From assembly GCA_002633005.1 (NCBI GenBank), contig NMRA01000091.1, forward strand, positions 682,565-746,564: DNA of 64,000 nt. Direction: 5' to 3'. The notes under the pieces are model-generated. The model was not told the DNA's origin. It saw nothing but the letters and a program-made list of their open reading frames with translations, and made no database searches. The position numbers and the translations under genes were made by a program. This DNA is from Phoronis australis (lineage: Eukaryota; Animalia; Phoronida). Positions 25,251 through 39,300 of this stretch are shown here, one piece after another (the first letter of the stretch is position 1; every line of letters begins with the position of its first letter).

Positions 25251-25750
25251 TCACTTCCCGTCTACAGCATCGACAAGATCACCAATAAAACACCGCGAAC
25301 AGTTACCATTCTCAAAGGAATTTCGTTGGCACTGGCCAGTAGCCACAGATTCACTGAAGTCATGAGCATTAGAATTGGGTAATAAAGGATTATTCACACA
25401 AGGGATTTTGTCGCACGTTACTGGTGGTTGGTTTTCGTCCGGCACTTCCGGCTCACGTTTCGCGTTAACAGCTGGACTCGATGCCTCATGTCCATCAAAG
25501 TACACCTGATTCATTGGAATAAAATGTTCGCTCTTCGAACGCAGGTATAATTTCCATGTACCGTTGGAATTTTTACGTCCCACTGCTGAAGTTTGCTGTA
25601 AATATTTTACTAAAGACGCTCTAGACACGCGGTTGGGTCCAACAAACGAAGCGCTTTGTCTGCCGCGGACGGAATTGGAACTTCTAAACGAAGAGCGGAG
25701 CAACGTACTTATACGTCTCAGAGGATTTGGAGATTCTTCTCGAAGTGTAT
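25251..25750 (-). CDS. Class A GPCR, distal terminal coding exon (long Ser/Arg-rich C-tail)
   Basis: Acceptor ttattcattacAG at 25752-25751 is phase 1, matching the exon-2 donor. Reads (D)TLREESPNPLRRISTLLRSSFRSS...AVDGK*. The joined CDS is 1503 nt (500 aa plus stop) and in frame. Confidence 0.8.
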
Positions 25751-28700
25751 CTGTAATGAATAAGCAATAACTCGTGATAAACACGACACACATTAACAAC
25801 TTCAACTGAAGCAAAATCACTAGGGCACGCCGGACGTAGACATCAACAGAACTGCAAGCATTGTGATAAGGGGTGACTTCAGCGCGAACAAAACCTGCCA
25901 CGGTATCGCCTTAAGAGACTGGTTGAGACCAGTGTTACAACGGTAAATGACCTGGGTGATGTTACCGGAAGGCGTCTTTAAAACATTTAACGTCATGTAC
26001 GCACGAGCTCTACACATTTGGTAATCATTTAGAAAGCGTTGTCAATAAAATATCTGTCAGAAAAGTGGTTTGTACATATTTACAATTAACCACAGATCAT
26101 CATAGAACAAGTACGGTGTCGGCTGGACCAGTTTAAAAGTCATTATTGGTCCAAGTTGAGGAGTGGTGTGCAACTGAACGTTTCGCACCTTTTAAGACCG
26201 AAGCATAGGCCAAGATCCGAATCAAACACATAGAAAGCAATGCTGCCACATCTGATGTTTGTGCCTGCAACTGCTTGGATTTAACCCTGTGTTTTTTGAA
26301 ATTATCGTGAACATTTCACATTCCCCACAAACGTTAGCTCGAAAATAGTTGTTGAATATTATTTTGCTCATGCCTAGAAATTCAACACCCGTGAACAACA
26401 CAGCCTCTCATAATATTCACTGTACCTCTCGGGCTCACCAGCTCTTGACAGTTCGCGGTTTTCGATTACACCAGCTCAAACTAATGTTCACAAACTGAAA
26501 CAGTTTGGGCAAAATGGATGAACGATTTTATAACCTTAAGTTAGTACTGGAACCTATAATGAGCAGTGTCGAATTGGCTTATCAATACAGACGTGAACAG
26601 TTTACTGGGCAAAGGAACCATAATGGCTGGGCTATTGATATTTTAACTGCTACGAGAAAGACAGAAAGAATATCAGACGTTGGCTAGTAGCAGATTTAGG
26701 AATGAAAATTGAGTTACGAAGCGTCGGTTTTGCGAAACGGAAGATATAACTGTGCATTGTGCATTATATACTGAACCTCCAAATATCACGTGCCGATGAT
26801 ATCAAAATACTATTTATATTTGAGGGGCCCAGTTTGCCCGAAAGTCTTGAAGCAGTCGTTGACTAACTTGTAAAACATTTGAATATAATTTTCGAGTGCA
26901 AGATTATTTACTTTGAAAAACTTTGATTTTGCGTTATTTTTTATTTTTTGTTTGCATTTAATAATAGCACGCGACATCAAATTCCATACACCATAAAAAA
27001 CAACAAAACGCAAGTGTAGACAGAAGGTGAGACTAAAGAGACATCGTTTTTGCAGCAGTGGAATTTGGCTACCGCACCGGTAGTGGGTGCGATTCTACGC
27101 TAATGCTAATTTCTTTAAAATTTGTTTTCTCGCCGAGATATCCCTTTAATTCAAATTCAATTTGAATTTATTAAAGAAGTAACTTCTTGCCTTGGACGCA
27201 GGCGTTCGCATTTCCCTAGTGGTGAACAAATAAACTCACGCGCCTGTGGTCTTGTGATGTTCACATTCCCAAAACTTATTTCACAATCCTGTTCAACGTA
27301 ACATAATCGTCATCTAGCTAATGCAGCGGGGTAATCGTAATTTTAAAATTTTGACGCGCTTTTGAGAAAGTCAAATTGCGCAGGCATTCTGATGTGACGC
27401 TGTTTGAGCTAAAACCAAAGTCGGCGACACCGTAATTATTTTCTCATTTAAGAGACAACGACAATAAGGATCAAAATAAAATATGAAAGAAAAAAATTAA
27501 TGGTGCAACTTTTTGCCGTGTAGAAGCCAAAATTTTTATATTTGAGGTACTCAAAATATAGAAAAAAAACGCTTAGTTGCGCTAATCTAAGGAAATTAGT
27601 AAGCCGAGAGATATAGATAAAGACTTCAAAGGAACTTATTGATATTACAGCTGAAAATGCCCCTTTGGAATTATCGTTGGCCTGAGACAGAATTTTTGGA
27701 GTTGTTAGCTTTGACCAAAGTGTAAAACAACACAATCCTTTCTGCTTTGTCTGATTTCATAACAAATTTCCAATTCTCGCCGTTGTCTGCTACACATTCG
27801 ATGAAATAAAAGACGGTGATTTTTTTCAGTCAAATACCCTTAAATCATAGTAATACGAGTAGGATTTAGCCCCGACAGCAGAGCGGTTGACTGCGGCCGC
27901 GGGAGATCCAGATTCCACTCCGCGCTGAGGCTGACCCTGAATTTACTTTTCTCGCCCACAATGTCCTTTTAAATTATAAGACTGAGTTTGCTCAGCGAAA
28001 TTAATCCATTTTTCAATCCCAGTTTAATTACAAGTGACATTTCAGTAACCCACGTAAATTGAACATTTTGGGGGAGGTGCCTTTGCTGCTGTAACGGATA
28101 ATTCAGTAATCCCCACATTTTTGCAGAGTTGAAGTCCGCAAAGTCTAAAATTCAAATAAGTAAATTTAAAACATCAACAATAAATTTAAGCTGTGTTGAA
28201 CTCCCTCAAACAATGTTGCGCCAAACCGAAATTATACGTATATCCAACAAGCTAATTTGAAGTCGTTAGAAACAGTGTTAGCATAATTTCCCAAAAATGT
28301 CAATGAATTCCGGTCTAACCAACTCAACTCGACGTAAAATTATTTCATTCCGATCACACGCCTCTGAATTAGCATTATCTCAATTGAACCAAATATGGAT
28401 GTAAGTGTCGTGCAATATTTCCCAAATATTCGCTCAAACTGAAGTGCTCTCTGAATCTTGTGTCACGTAATTGAGCAAGTCTGCTTCAACGGTCAGTATA
28501 ATATTCTTAATGATGATCTCATTTCAAGACCTGAGCTCACCCTTTCGCTTCAATTTCAGCCCGAGTCTCGTGTTTTTGTGCAATATACACAAAGGCACGT
28601 GACCAAAGATAATCATTTTGTTCGTCTCAGGTGGATTTTCTTTTATGAAATTAAAGTGATCAATTAAAAATGGCTAACCAATGATTCGATTTTCAAAAAA

Positions 28701-29412
28701 TATAGAAGGTTAACGAATTGATAGGTTTTAAGGTCACGTGACATTACTCACGTACGCGAGAGCCGCATTTCTAACATAATACTTATTATTCTGTCCGTGC
28801 GATTACCAGACCAAGCGTTTTACTATCACCCAATAATTGTTTAGTGTTGGTAGCCGAATGCCTCATGTAGAGATTAATCAACTATTTCCCCATAGACTTC
28901 GTTTCGTAGAAGGTGCTAGATCGAAACTGCACACCAGTAACGTTATGTGAAATGTTAACCATGAATGTACATACAGAATTGTAGCATCGTGATGCACCGT
29001 CCCTGTTCATCGGGCACCAAGCCAAGTGCTCCTGCAAATTACAAGATTAGCAATACAACAGAAGTACAAAAGCAAGCAGGGTGAGAGCACACGAAGCAGC
29101 GAAAGATTAACTAAAACACATCAGAATTAACAGACTTTTTCACGCAGTTTTATAGAGAAAACGTCGAGGGAAATGAGAGAGCAGTTCGCAAGGAGGTCGT
29201 ATATGTTTTTATAAATGGTTTTAAACATCAAATGCCCAAACAGGTCTCGTCAGGTCAGTACGAAAAAATCTAAACCGCTTAGAAATATAGAGGATGTTGT
29301 TTTGAATGGGGAGAGATTTCTCTAAATTATCAATAAAGAGAAAATGCTCACAAATACATTTATGACAACGGGAATGACAATTGACAAACGATAATTACCA
29401 GAATTTACTTAC

Positions 29413-29445
29413 TCAACTTATTGGAGTATTATGCCAAAATATGCC
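29413..29445 (-). other. Candidate 33-nt cassette exon in the GPCR last intron, introducing a stop
   Basis: gcttttttgtAG|GGCATATTTTGGCATAATACTCCAATAAGTTGA|GTAAGTA. In phase 1 it reads G-H-I-L-A-stop. Confidence 0.4.
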
Positions 29446-30308
29446 CTACAAAAAAGCAACAGTGGCCACGGCTGCTAAAGCAGGAGAATTTCGATCCAAG
29501 CCGGTGCCAAAAAGCTAAAATAAAATAGTGGACTAAACCTAAATAACCAATGGGACGGAATGACTGCGGTATTTCTTCCTCTGTTTTTGAATTAATGAAC
29601 CACCGTGTAGTGGATTTCTGTCCATCAAATCTGAATTGGAGTCAATCGGAAGTCACGACAATCGTGCTCTCATTATTCTAGAGAGCGCCAACATGGCGGC
29701 CATATTGAATCTAATCCCACCGCGACAACCGGTCTGATATGAAGCAATAACGATACGTCAGCTCCTCTCAAGGGTAGACACCATTTCTAATCTAAGTAAG
29801 ATATAAAATACAATCGATTTCATAATGAGTGGCATAAGTCAAAAGTTGTTTTTGACAGAATGTATAAGTTTTTGTCCTTTAAAATGGTTGTCACGGCAAC
29901 ATTTCTTAAAATATCAACTCCATGGGCTGATAAGAAATTATATTTTAAATTTGACAAATGCAACTGGAAGTGATCCCCATCTTGAATATGCTCGTCACAA
30001 CCCTGTATCCGCGGATACCAAATTAGGTTGGCTATATACAGACAAAATAGTGGTAAGAATGATAATTGCAAGAATTCGGACTCAAATCACCCATGATCAC
30101 GTGAAATCATTTGCAATGAAAACGATAAAATACCGTTTATTCGTTTTGGTTTTGATAATGTAAGTTTACGGTCACAACGAATTATCACTTTTAATATCAC
30201 GCATTCGAAATTATTCAGTTTGGTGTTTCATTATTTCCACGTCGGTCTTTTCAGAAAACGACCATTTGCTGACTGGCTGCTTTCGATTAACTTCGCCAGT
30301 TCAACCTG

Positions 30309-30710
30309 GGCCCGGTCTCTAATCTTTGTACTCGAAACGAACTCGAAACTATTTTTGGCAATTTCTCTGCCTCCTTTTGTGCAAACTTAAGATAATTGGT
30401 TATCAGACTGTGCTCGAATACATTATAATTTATGCATAGGAGTTTCTAGTTCAAGTTTGCCCTTGAAGATCCTTATATTCGTGCTACAAACTCGAGTAAA
30501 AACTCGAAATTTCGAGTTCAAACTCGAACTTATTGCTTTAATATTGGGTTTACAAACTGTGAACTAAGGGCAATAAATTATCTAAGTAAGTTATTGTGTA
30601 CTAGAGCATAGAGTAATAGACACTTATCTTGATTTCGTCCAAAAGTAGAGTAGAAAATGCCAAACCTAATTTCGAGTTCCATTTCGAGTAAAAAGATTGG
30701 AGACCGGGCC
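30309..30710. mobile_element. PIF/Harbinger-type MITE, 402 bp, with CTG target-site duplication
   Basis: TIRs GGCCCGGTCTCTAATCTTTGTACTCGAAACGAACTCGAAA / TTTCGAGTTCCATTTCGAGTAAAAAGATTGGAGACCGGGCC. CTG at 30306-30308 and 30711-30713. Confidence 0.88.
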
Positions 30711-30777
30711 CTGGTCAACTAGCTAAGACGTCTGGCTGGTTTGTAAGCTGGAAGTCGTCAAGAACGATCAGATGCCT

Positions 30778-31383
30778 TAGCGGGTGGCCCTCGCTGGTTC
30801 CCTGCGTCCCGCTAGGTGGGGCAGTAGCCGCGCCAGCATGCAGGTATCACTTAATTTTCCTCGGTAAATTTTTTACTCCGGCGTTTCTGATTGGCTGGTC
30901 GAATTTTCAACAGGCAGCGCTTTACGCAAACAAACTGGCACGACTGATGGACTGAAGTGTAAATGTGGTCTGTAGTACAGACAAATCGGTGCTTAAAATT
31001 TATGTTCAGGAAATGTGAAGCCTAGAAATTGTGATTATGACTTTTCGGAATGCATCTTTCTACTGTCGATGACCTTTGTTTACGATAGTGTCCTGTACTC
31101 ATACAGTATGAATAACACATCGGTTAAATCGGCCAGATATGTGTTTATTGTACGTATATGTGCTTCCAGCACGCAACTATTAAACATGACTGCATAAACG
31201 AAATAGATGCTGCGACGCCACTTGCATGACAAGGCTAAAAATCGTTCACAGTCCGCTATTTTTTAACGGTGTTGTAAAGCTAACCAATGACTGCCGAGAT
31301 TACATCGACCAATGCTAAAGCGCGTGCCACTGCGTGATGCCTGCGTAATGGCTGCAGGGAACCAGCGAGCGGACTGACCCAGC
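30778..31383. mobile_element. Degenerate MITE with GC-rich TIRs
   Basis: CTCGCTGGTTCCCTGC (about 30790) is the exact reverse complement of GCAGGGAACCAGCGAG (about 31354). Confidence 0.5.
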
Positions 31384-34300
31384 GGAACCTACGAAATCAA
31401 TCAAGTGCAAACAATGTGATGGCACTGTGAGTGTTATTGATGAAACGCCTTCATCATGGAACAAATGCACACGCAAACGCTTAGCAATTATAATCCGCCG
31501 CACAACAGGTCAAAATACTGTGAGCACTACTGAATTCATGTTTATGATGTTGTGGACCTCCATCAACGACGCAGTTCTAATGTATGGCAATCCGTCGATA
31601 ACGGTCAGTGCATTGGAAAACGTCACATCTCGTAATTCTGTTGACTACAACTTTACCAATTAAATAAGTGCAGGTAGAAAGTTTTATTGATTTATTATCA
31701 ATTTTGTTTAAAGGCGAAAATTTTGAACAATAAATATTTGTACATCACGTGCACTTTGCGTTGTTCTACGCATACACTAATGGTGCCAGAATCAACATTC
31801 ACGCGCACGAAATGCGCGCAGACTACTTTTCTGTTTTTGAGTGCACACTGCGTCCGTCTTAAGCACATTGTGCGTTCTCACTCTTAGTTACTCGTCGATG
31901 ACGAATAGATTTATCATGCTATATGACAACCCATTTAGGCGCCAACATCTCAAGCGATCACTACATAACATGCACAAGCCAAAGCTATTTTGCATCTTGT
32001 CTCGCAGCCACCTATAACATTAGACTGGTGAACATTTGGTAAGATTTCCCATACTAAGCAAACATCTGAGTTGTATTTGTATTTCAACGCGCAATTGAAA
32101 TCATTGACTTGCAAAGGAATAGGTTTTTGTGTCAGAAAAATTGCAGAAAATGTGAGAAACGAGATAATTTGAAAAGTTGAAATACGCATACAAATTAAAT
32201 CATATCTTTAGTATGATAAAAATCTGACCAATGATAGTGGCTGGATGCGAGACAATTTGTGCAACATACAAGGGTCACAATGTATGTGACTGGTGTAGGG
32301 CGCCATCTGGAGAAACTATCGAAAGTGAATCAAAAAGCGATCGATGCATTTACTTCCCCGGTTTGCCACGTACGTTTCTTTCCGGCTTTTGCAAGTACGT
32401 TCCAAATGCAAGAGATCTGCTTTCTTAGCACAACGTCGTTGCCTCTCATTTATGGTGAAACTCAGACAATAAAAGCTATCAACGAAGCTAACGATGGTGG
32501 TACCGCGCGATAGAACACAATCTGCTTCTGGTAACGTGCACGCTAACGACAAATTTGATTGGATAATATTGAGATGGCTGATTTTAGCACAGTAGGACCC
32601 TTGCAATTGAACAGTGCATTTCTATTAGAGAACCATATTTACTTGTGTCCGTCCATTACTCATACGAAAATAGTTACGGGTAGAAAAAAACAATGGTCTC
32701 CTCACAAACAACATGGTTTGAGCAAGTCGTGTTGGGGTCACGAATGCCATCGTTCGAGAGATGTCTCAGAGGGTTTCCCCTTTTAGCAGTTCACTGTTGC
32801 ACTAAAATGCATTCTCAGCGTGGTTATAATTTAAATAGTCATATTGGAAAAGAAGAAAGAACGTGGGATCGCTTCATTAAGTGAAACGGGGACTCAATTT
32901 AAATCCGAAAAACATTCCGATTTTAATACATGAGTTTGAACTTATCAATTCGCTACCGATAGAGTGCGCTCTTCACACGTTACCAGCGGGAGATTCTTCT
33001 GTCGCGTGTGCCAGCGAATAATCACGAATGGGGATTGAAAGAGGTTAGGAAGAACTTAAGGCTAAATAACAAAAAGGGAAAATGCGTGCACCACGCGAAG
33101 TGTACCGTGAGCTGACCTCAAACACGTGCATGTGGCGTGACATGTGCCGCCCGTACAGCCATGGGCGAATTAGGATTAAAGACAGCGACTGAAGCCCAAA
33201 CACGCATCCTGCGACGCAAAGGCGGCGAGTTCTCATTACGACCTGGTAAAGGAAGCGATGCATGGCAAAATTACACAACACCAAAATAGTTAAAACCAGC
33301 AAAACCACAATCATTCATCTTAGTGCGAGAGGTGTTCAACGCGGTGAACACGGACCTAGTAGGCTCTTGCTTGAAACAGTTAGAAGCTCAACAGCGAAAT
33401 GAAAGTCGGACTATTCGGTTAATTGCAAAAACAACTGGCAGCACCAGCGGACCGATGAAATTCAAATTCTATGGCCACATTTCTTTCTGTCAGTGTGGTT
33501 TTTACATTTTATAATGATTATAGCCACGTTGTGATGTGATGTGTCAATGTCGAATTACTTCTCGAATTCAGTTTTGTAAAATACGGGCAGCTTTATTGAA
33601 AAGTGGCAACATCCGTCAATAATTAGGCATCCTGTAAGGTTTGAAGAACACCTGCTTTGCTCAACAACGTGACTTGTAAACATATTAAGGTACTCACAGA
33701 AAGTGCATGAATACCTCGCTTAAAGTTGCTGGCCCCGACGGACCGAAGTGTTATGCACGTTGTACATTGAAACAAACCACGGTCTTTGATACAAGTACAC
33801 CAAATCTACAACGCCGCGCGTCCTTGCATTCTCCAGCGGTGTACTCGTAAAAGTCTACATCATATACCCACTGCGTTTACAGATTTTAACCCTTACTGTA
33901 GGTTCACCCAATGAGCTATACCAGGAGCTCATTGGTTCACCCGCGCCTTCAGACAGCCTATCTTTTTGTTACTACAATCAGCGCTAATTTAGTGTAAATA
34001 ACCGCATGCCGACTACTTTCCCCATCAGCAAAGGATACTGAAATCAATTTAATTTGACGATGCAGTAAGAATTTAAGCAATGGAAATGTACAACTAATTA
34101 CAACCCAGTCCCTAAAGCTCGATGACTCGGTGCCTGTGAATAATAACCGAAGGTGAGACGCCTTTAGGTTTGCACGTGTAAACGTTACAGGAAACAATCT
34201 GTTGGAGACTCCATTAGCATTACATACAGTTTCACAGATACTATTGCAGATACCAACGTAAACGTAGTTGTTAGCATAAACTCTGAAACATTGCCAATTA

Positions 34301-34884
34301 AATGTTGATGCCTTCAACGTGTAAAATTTTGTTTCATTCAAAGCTAATAAAAAGGGCAAAAAACAAGGATTCAGGAGCTTTAAGAACGGTGGTAATATTA
34401 TTTGTGAATTAACATATAATTATGCAGTTTTGAAAATCGGCTAATCATCCGTATATGGAGTAGGTACAGCATTCCTTCCACAGAGTTTGTGAATCATATC
34501 AGAAACTTATGAGAAGGTGTTGATTCGTAAATTCGTTATCCTTTCTAAAATACATTGTTCTGTTTTTACTATCCTCTGGACTGTTTATATTAGCACGACG
34601 TTTCTTTCGGTCGTTTCTCCAGCCATCTTCAGTCAGCACGGGTATCTGGTACACTCATGGGGTGCACTTCGATTATATTGTCCTGGTGTACGGCGGTGTT
34701 GGAAACTGGGACCATTGTCAGTCCACTGGGTTATCCATTAACTTCGAGGTAAATTTCCTATAGTTGTATCTTTTTTGCCTAAGGAGGGATAGCCAGGTTT
34801 TGCTGCTTGCTTGGCGGACGGCAGACACTGCATAGCTTCCAGCATGTCACACTGTTGAATACCCGGATGTTATGTTGCTGGATG

Positions 34885-35123
34885 CTACATTGTTTTGACC
34901 ACATGCTCTACTACTACTCCTGGTGAGCTGTTGCTGTTCCTACTGTACAACATGTCTTGTGCCGTCTTGTGTTCAGCAGTCCCGTTACTATTCGCCGATA
35001 TTTGATAGGTGGCGTTTTTCCCCAATGTCCGTCTTTGGTTTAACATGGTCATTCGTCGACCCAGGGTGTCTGATCTGAGGAATGGCAGGCTGTCGTTAGT
35101 CTCCACTTTTATATTAAACTTTA
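34885..35123 (-). CDS. Candidate alternative (proximal) terminal coding exon of the GPCR
   Basis: Branch-like CCCTGAC followed by cctgcAG acceptor (35125-35124), phase 1. Reads (V)KFNIKVETNDSLPFLRSDTLGRRMTMLNQRRTLGKNATYQISANSNG...EHVVKTM*, giving an in-frame 413-aa receptor. The polypyrimidine tract is weak. Confidence 0.5.
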
Positions 35124-36657
35124 CTGCAGGCGCTATGCTGGGTCAGGGAACGCCTCTGGATCACTCGGACCGTATATCGCGAATGTGTCATTCCACATAC
35201 CGATTCCGCATTTTGTGGGAGCTCAATAGTTGAAGTGAGAGTTGCTTAATCAAACCACTCAACGTACAGACAGGTGAACCCACTGCTATACCCTGGCTCT
35301 GCTCCCAGAATTTTTCTTGGAACTGGAAGTAGGTGGTACCAATTCGAGGATGGACTCTGCTGAGAGATTTGTGTTCTCAGTCAGTGTTAGGTCATTCTCC
35401 AGCTTCGATCACAGTAGCAGAAGTACCTCTGATATTTGGATACCCTGACTCTATGAACGGGCTGTAGACATTAAAACTTTCCTGTACGTCATTTGGTTCA
35501 GTGATGATTGATGTCCGCATAGCCCGAAAAATACCGACTGCTTAAGTTCTCAGATATTTTCTCGGAAACTTCATGAAAGCATAAAAACTTGAGCATGGCA
35601 ATAGTTTTACCATAAAGATTTTTCATAAACCAGAACCGTTTTCAGTTTCAGGCAAGCTCCAAGTGAGACCTCTGTTGGAGACCTGTCGTTTATTTACCAA
35701 CTTGCACATTTTGGACCCCTATTGTCTTGCACACAGAGAACACTGGCTGCCGCTATAAGAGATATTCCACATATAGTTTGCCGATGTGGACATTGTGCTC
35801 TTGCGCCAATCTAACCACGTGACACTTTTCGTCCTTTGCTATTACCGTTCACCAATTGGAACTTCACGAAGATTCTTAAACTACTGAGATACTTCCAATG
35901 CAAATGGTACGTGTACTTGCTAGAGTAACTCTCCAGAAATAGCGCCCACCAAACATTACTCAAGTCATTTCAAGGTGTACGGCTCAGACCCGAGAATTAT
36001 TCCCCTGCTACCATGAAAAATCGTTGGTGCGATAAAACAAGAAACATAAAATTGAAGCGTATTTTGAAACCTAGCGCTCACTCCAGCCAACGAATTTGAA
36101 AGAGATGTGAAAAAACCATTGTCGTCTGCAGATTTTTTACAAAAAGTGCAGAATATAAGTGATTTCAATTTTAATTAATATGTAATCGAAGTGTATAATA
36201 AGGTATCAAATTGTGAACTTAAAAGAGTTCAAATTAACTGTACTTTTTAAGTAGGCTAAGAGCAGCATTTGCAGCTTCAAGTAATTTTCCTATGCGTGCT
36301 CGAAATTTAACACAGGAATTACTGGCTGTGAGGCTTTCTTGAGCATTACTCTGAAATCTGAAAACAACTCAACATTAAGAACGTTTCGATGGTCTTTACA
36401 ACTTGAGAAATTACGCCTGGGTAATTATTTAATTGTAAAGTAATCTAGGAGGCTGATGTTAAGGGAAGTCTTATTTGGAGCAATTTTCCTGTGAGTCTGG
36501 TGAGAACGCAACATCACGTCAAAGTGAAAGGCCATATAAGTATTTCGCGACCTCCCTAGCGTACATTCGAAAATGATTTATTGAACTGGGGTAGATACTG
36601 TAGTAAACTACTTCCGTTCCTTCAACCCCATTCCTCGCTAGAGTAGTTGCCATTCTC

Positions 36658-36805
36658 CCGGGCGGCGAAACATTGAAAAAAGTGGGGGCTATAGCCTCCT
36701 AGACCCCTTGTGGTGCACCGCCCATAGACCATGAGCGGCTCAGCACTGAAAAAAGTGGGGAGGCTATAGCCCCCCTCCCCCAGGCCCCTATGGTGCACCG
36801 CCCAC
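36658..36805. repeat. Tandem pair of about 72-bp miniature GC-ended elements
   Basis: Two direct copies of G.GCGGC....CA.TGAAAAAAGTGGGG.(G)GCTATAGCC....CCCCT.TGGTGCACCGCCCA. Confidence 0.75.
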
Positions 36806-37381
36806 GATTCTTAGCGGCGCCTTACGTTTTGCATGACCCCCGAAACGTGCCCAAAGCTGGTATTCAAAGCCGGTTTTGTAGAGCCATCTCGCAAATTGTG
36901 CATAGCAGTGGGAGTCTGTGAAGTAGTTTGCGGCAGAGTTGTACATCATCGTTAGACTGAAGCGCACTAGAGACGGCCGAGCATGTTTCAACAGCCACTA
37001 ATTAGCGGGCGAGTGTCTAATCTTTGAAACAACAAGCAAATATGGGAGTCTCACCTGGAATTTCTTAATTTTAGACACTAAAATGAAGAATTAATGTCAC
37101 AACTGCATATTGCAGAAAAAACAGTGCAAGAAAACTGAGGAAAAGTGAACATATATTTACAAGACACAGAAACAACATCGCGAATGCGATTACAAACGCA
37201 TGCACGGATTGTCATATAAAGGGTGAGAAACGCATATAGGAATGTTTAGCATGACGTCATTATGACGTTTGGACCCAGTGTGACGTCATCTGTATTCTTA
37301 TTTCCGGGTCCAAATTGCGCCATCTACTGCCGTGACACGTCATCATTAAACATCCGCATTGGAAATAATAAGCCAGCCTAC

Positions 37382-37511
37382 CTAACATTTCGTCCGATAT
37401 GAAGGCCGGTCCTTGGCAGAAGATCTCTCGGTAACCCTCTCTGAACGAAGGACTTCGTAGAGCGTACACAATGGGGTTACATGCGCTGTTCAGATAACCA
37501 CACCAGTAAGC
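37382..37511 (-). CDS. Class A GPCR, coding exon 2 (TM7 and helix 8)
   Basis: Acceptor ttatttgcAG at 37513-37512, phase 0. AYWCGYLNSACNPIVYALRSPSFREGYREIFC contains NPxxY and the helix-8 FR motif. Donor G|GTaggc at 37381. Confidence 0.93.
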
Positions 37512-38949
37512 CTGCAAATAATGTATTTGTTAAAAGTCTGGAGGCCGTAGGTGCTCAAAATGAATGGATACGCCTTTACACTACACTACCACCACAACTC
37601 TAGTACATTTAAAGCACCTGTGGTTTCATCAAAGGGTCGTAAGTCCGCTCTTAAAGACTACCCTGACCTCGATTATAATTTGCACACAGTTCATTAACGT
37701 GGCTTGTGAATGCACCCGTTCAGTCTGAATACGAAAAATTGTCAACATTACGTGAAGTGCAACGTTTTCCAAATAAATGCAGCGTCGCATTTACAATAGC
37801 GTGCCTACAACCGTCTTACATTGTACGACAGGACTTACGACCCGTTCAAGACAACATGTGATTATTAGCATGCACTAGGCGCGGATTCAGAGGGGGCTCG
37901 GAAGTGCTCTCTCTGACTATGTTGTCGCGCCCTCTTCCTACGTTGTCGTACCTTCGACCATGGTCTGTGCCTGTCATTGTAGGACGAAAATTTACACGTT
38001 GACTAAATGGACTTGCCGTGCTCCCACCCCCTAAAGGGTTTTGGGGCAAGTGAAGTCAACTCGGTGAACCAACTACGTGAGGAGAAGCGAAAATGTCAGA
38101 CTATCGGGTTTAAAAAAGAAATAACGTGCTGATAAACTCCGGCGTCGACAAATATTACAGACCCCGTGATTTAGGTAGTAAAGGGAAAGCCTTATTACCC
38201 GCATGATCTCAAGAAAGGTTCTTTTTTAATAATACTGCGAGACAAGTCAGAGCCTGTCTGTTCGTTTTCTCGGCATCAAATTGGATAACTAAGTCTCTAA
38301 TTCCGGTTTTACGTGGGTACATAGTGTACTGAAATACAGGGCTCCGAATCACGGTGCATACAAAAAAGAATCTCATTTTCAACTTGCAAAACGAAAATTA
38401 AAAATTTGACTGAGGTTCAACATCCTATTTTCTATGCGTAAAAGGAAAATCGAAAAAAAAAGATTTTTGTTCAATATCCCATTTTCAATTTGGCTTTCGT
38501 TATTGAAAATTGAATTAACTGATGGTACCCGAACGTATTTTACTTTCATTGTCGGTTGTTCGCGTTGTGAAACATTGACTAGTCTTTAATGGCAGAATGC
38601 TCCCTGGTGCCTTCTCTGGTATCCGCTTTGGATTGTAATCTCGTCTATGGTAGTCAGGAACCCGACTTTAGAGTTTTCGCAAATATAAGTAAACGTGCAC
38701 ACCCAACCACAACCAGTGGCCAAGCTAAGATTATCAACGCCCGGGATGCACAGTAAGATAACGGTGCGGCCCCTCTCCCCGGTCGCCACCGGATTCACCC
38801 CGTTCTCCCTTTGCTCGGAGTCCGAGTTTTGAGCTGCGTCCCCCTTTCCCTGTTACTACTGATTTTGCCACCGGCAAGCAGTCACTGTTTTTGGGGCCAC
38901 CCCTCCCCTGTCGTCACTGATTTCTGCATTCCTGGTCTTTTGTACACAG

Positions 38950-39300
38950 TCATTGTCACCCACTTTCATATGCGGCCTCCTCACCTCGTCGGCGTCACCC
39001 CTTATAGGGGTGCTGGACCGGGAGTGGGGGCGGACTGCTCCTACTCCATTGGTAACCCAGGCGGTAATCGTGACATTTGTGTCGACCATGTACAGACGGA
39101 GAGAAATTGATTCGCGGAAAAACTTTGATGGCAGACTCACCGGGACTCTGGAGAACGCGACCATAATTTTCATAGGGCAAACCGTCATGACCTCTCGACT
39201 CCTATGTGAATGGTGATGCCCAGAGGGGAACCCTTGTCCGTCCTACGGACACCAGGGATATACGAGGCGGATAATATTTAACATAATTTGCAGTGGGAAG
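38950..39300 (+). mobile_element. Possible decayed LINE ORF1 (RRM-type) fragment within a GC-rich insertion (about 38590-39425)
   Basis: QAVIVTFVSTMYRRREIDSRKNFDG...IIFIGQTVMTSRLLCE resembles the RxIIVKF..R..V...RKKLKG...IFI.E.LT segment of LINE ORF1 proteins. GC content rises abruptly relative to the flanks. Confidence 0.4.
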
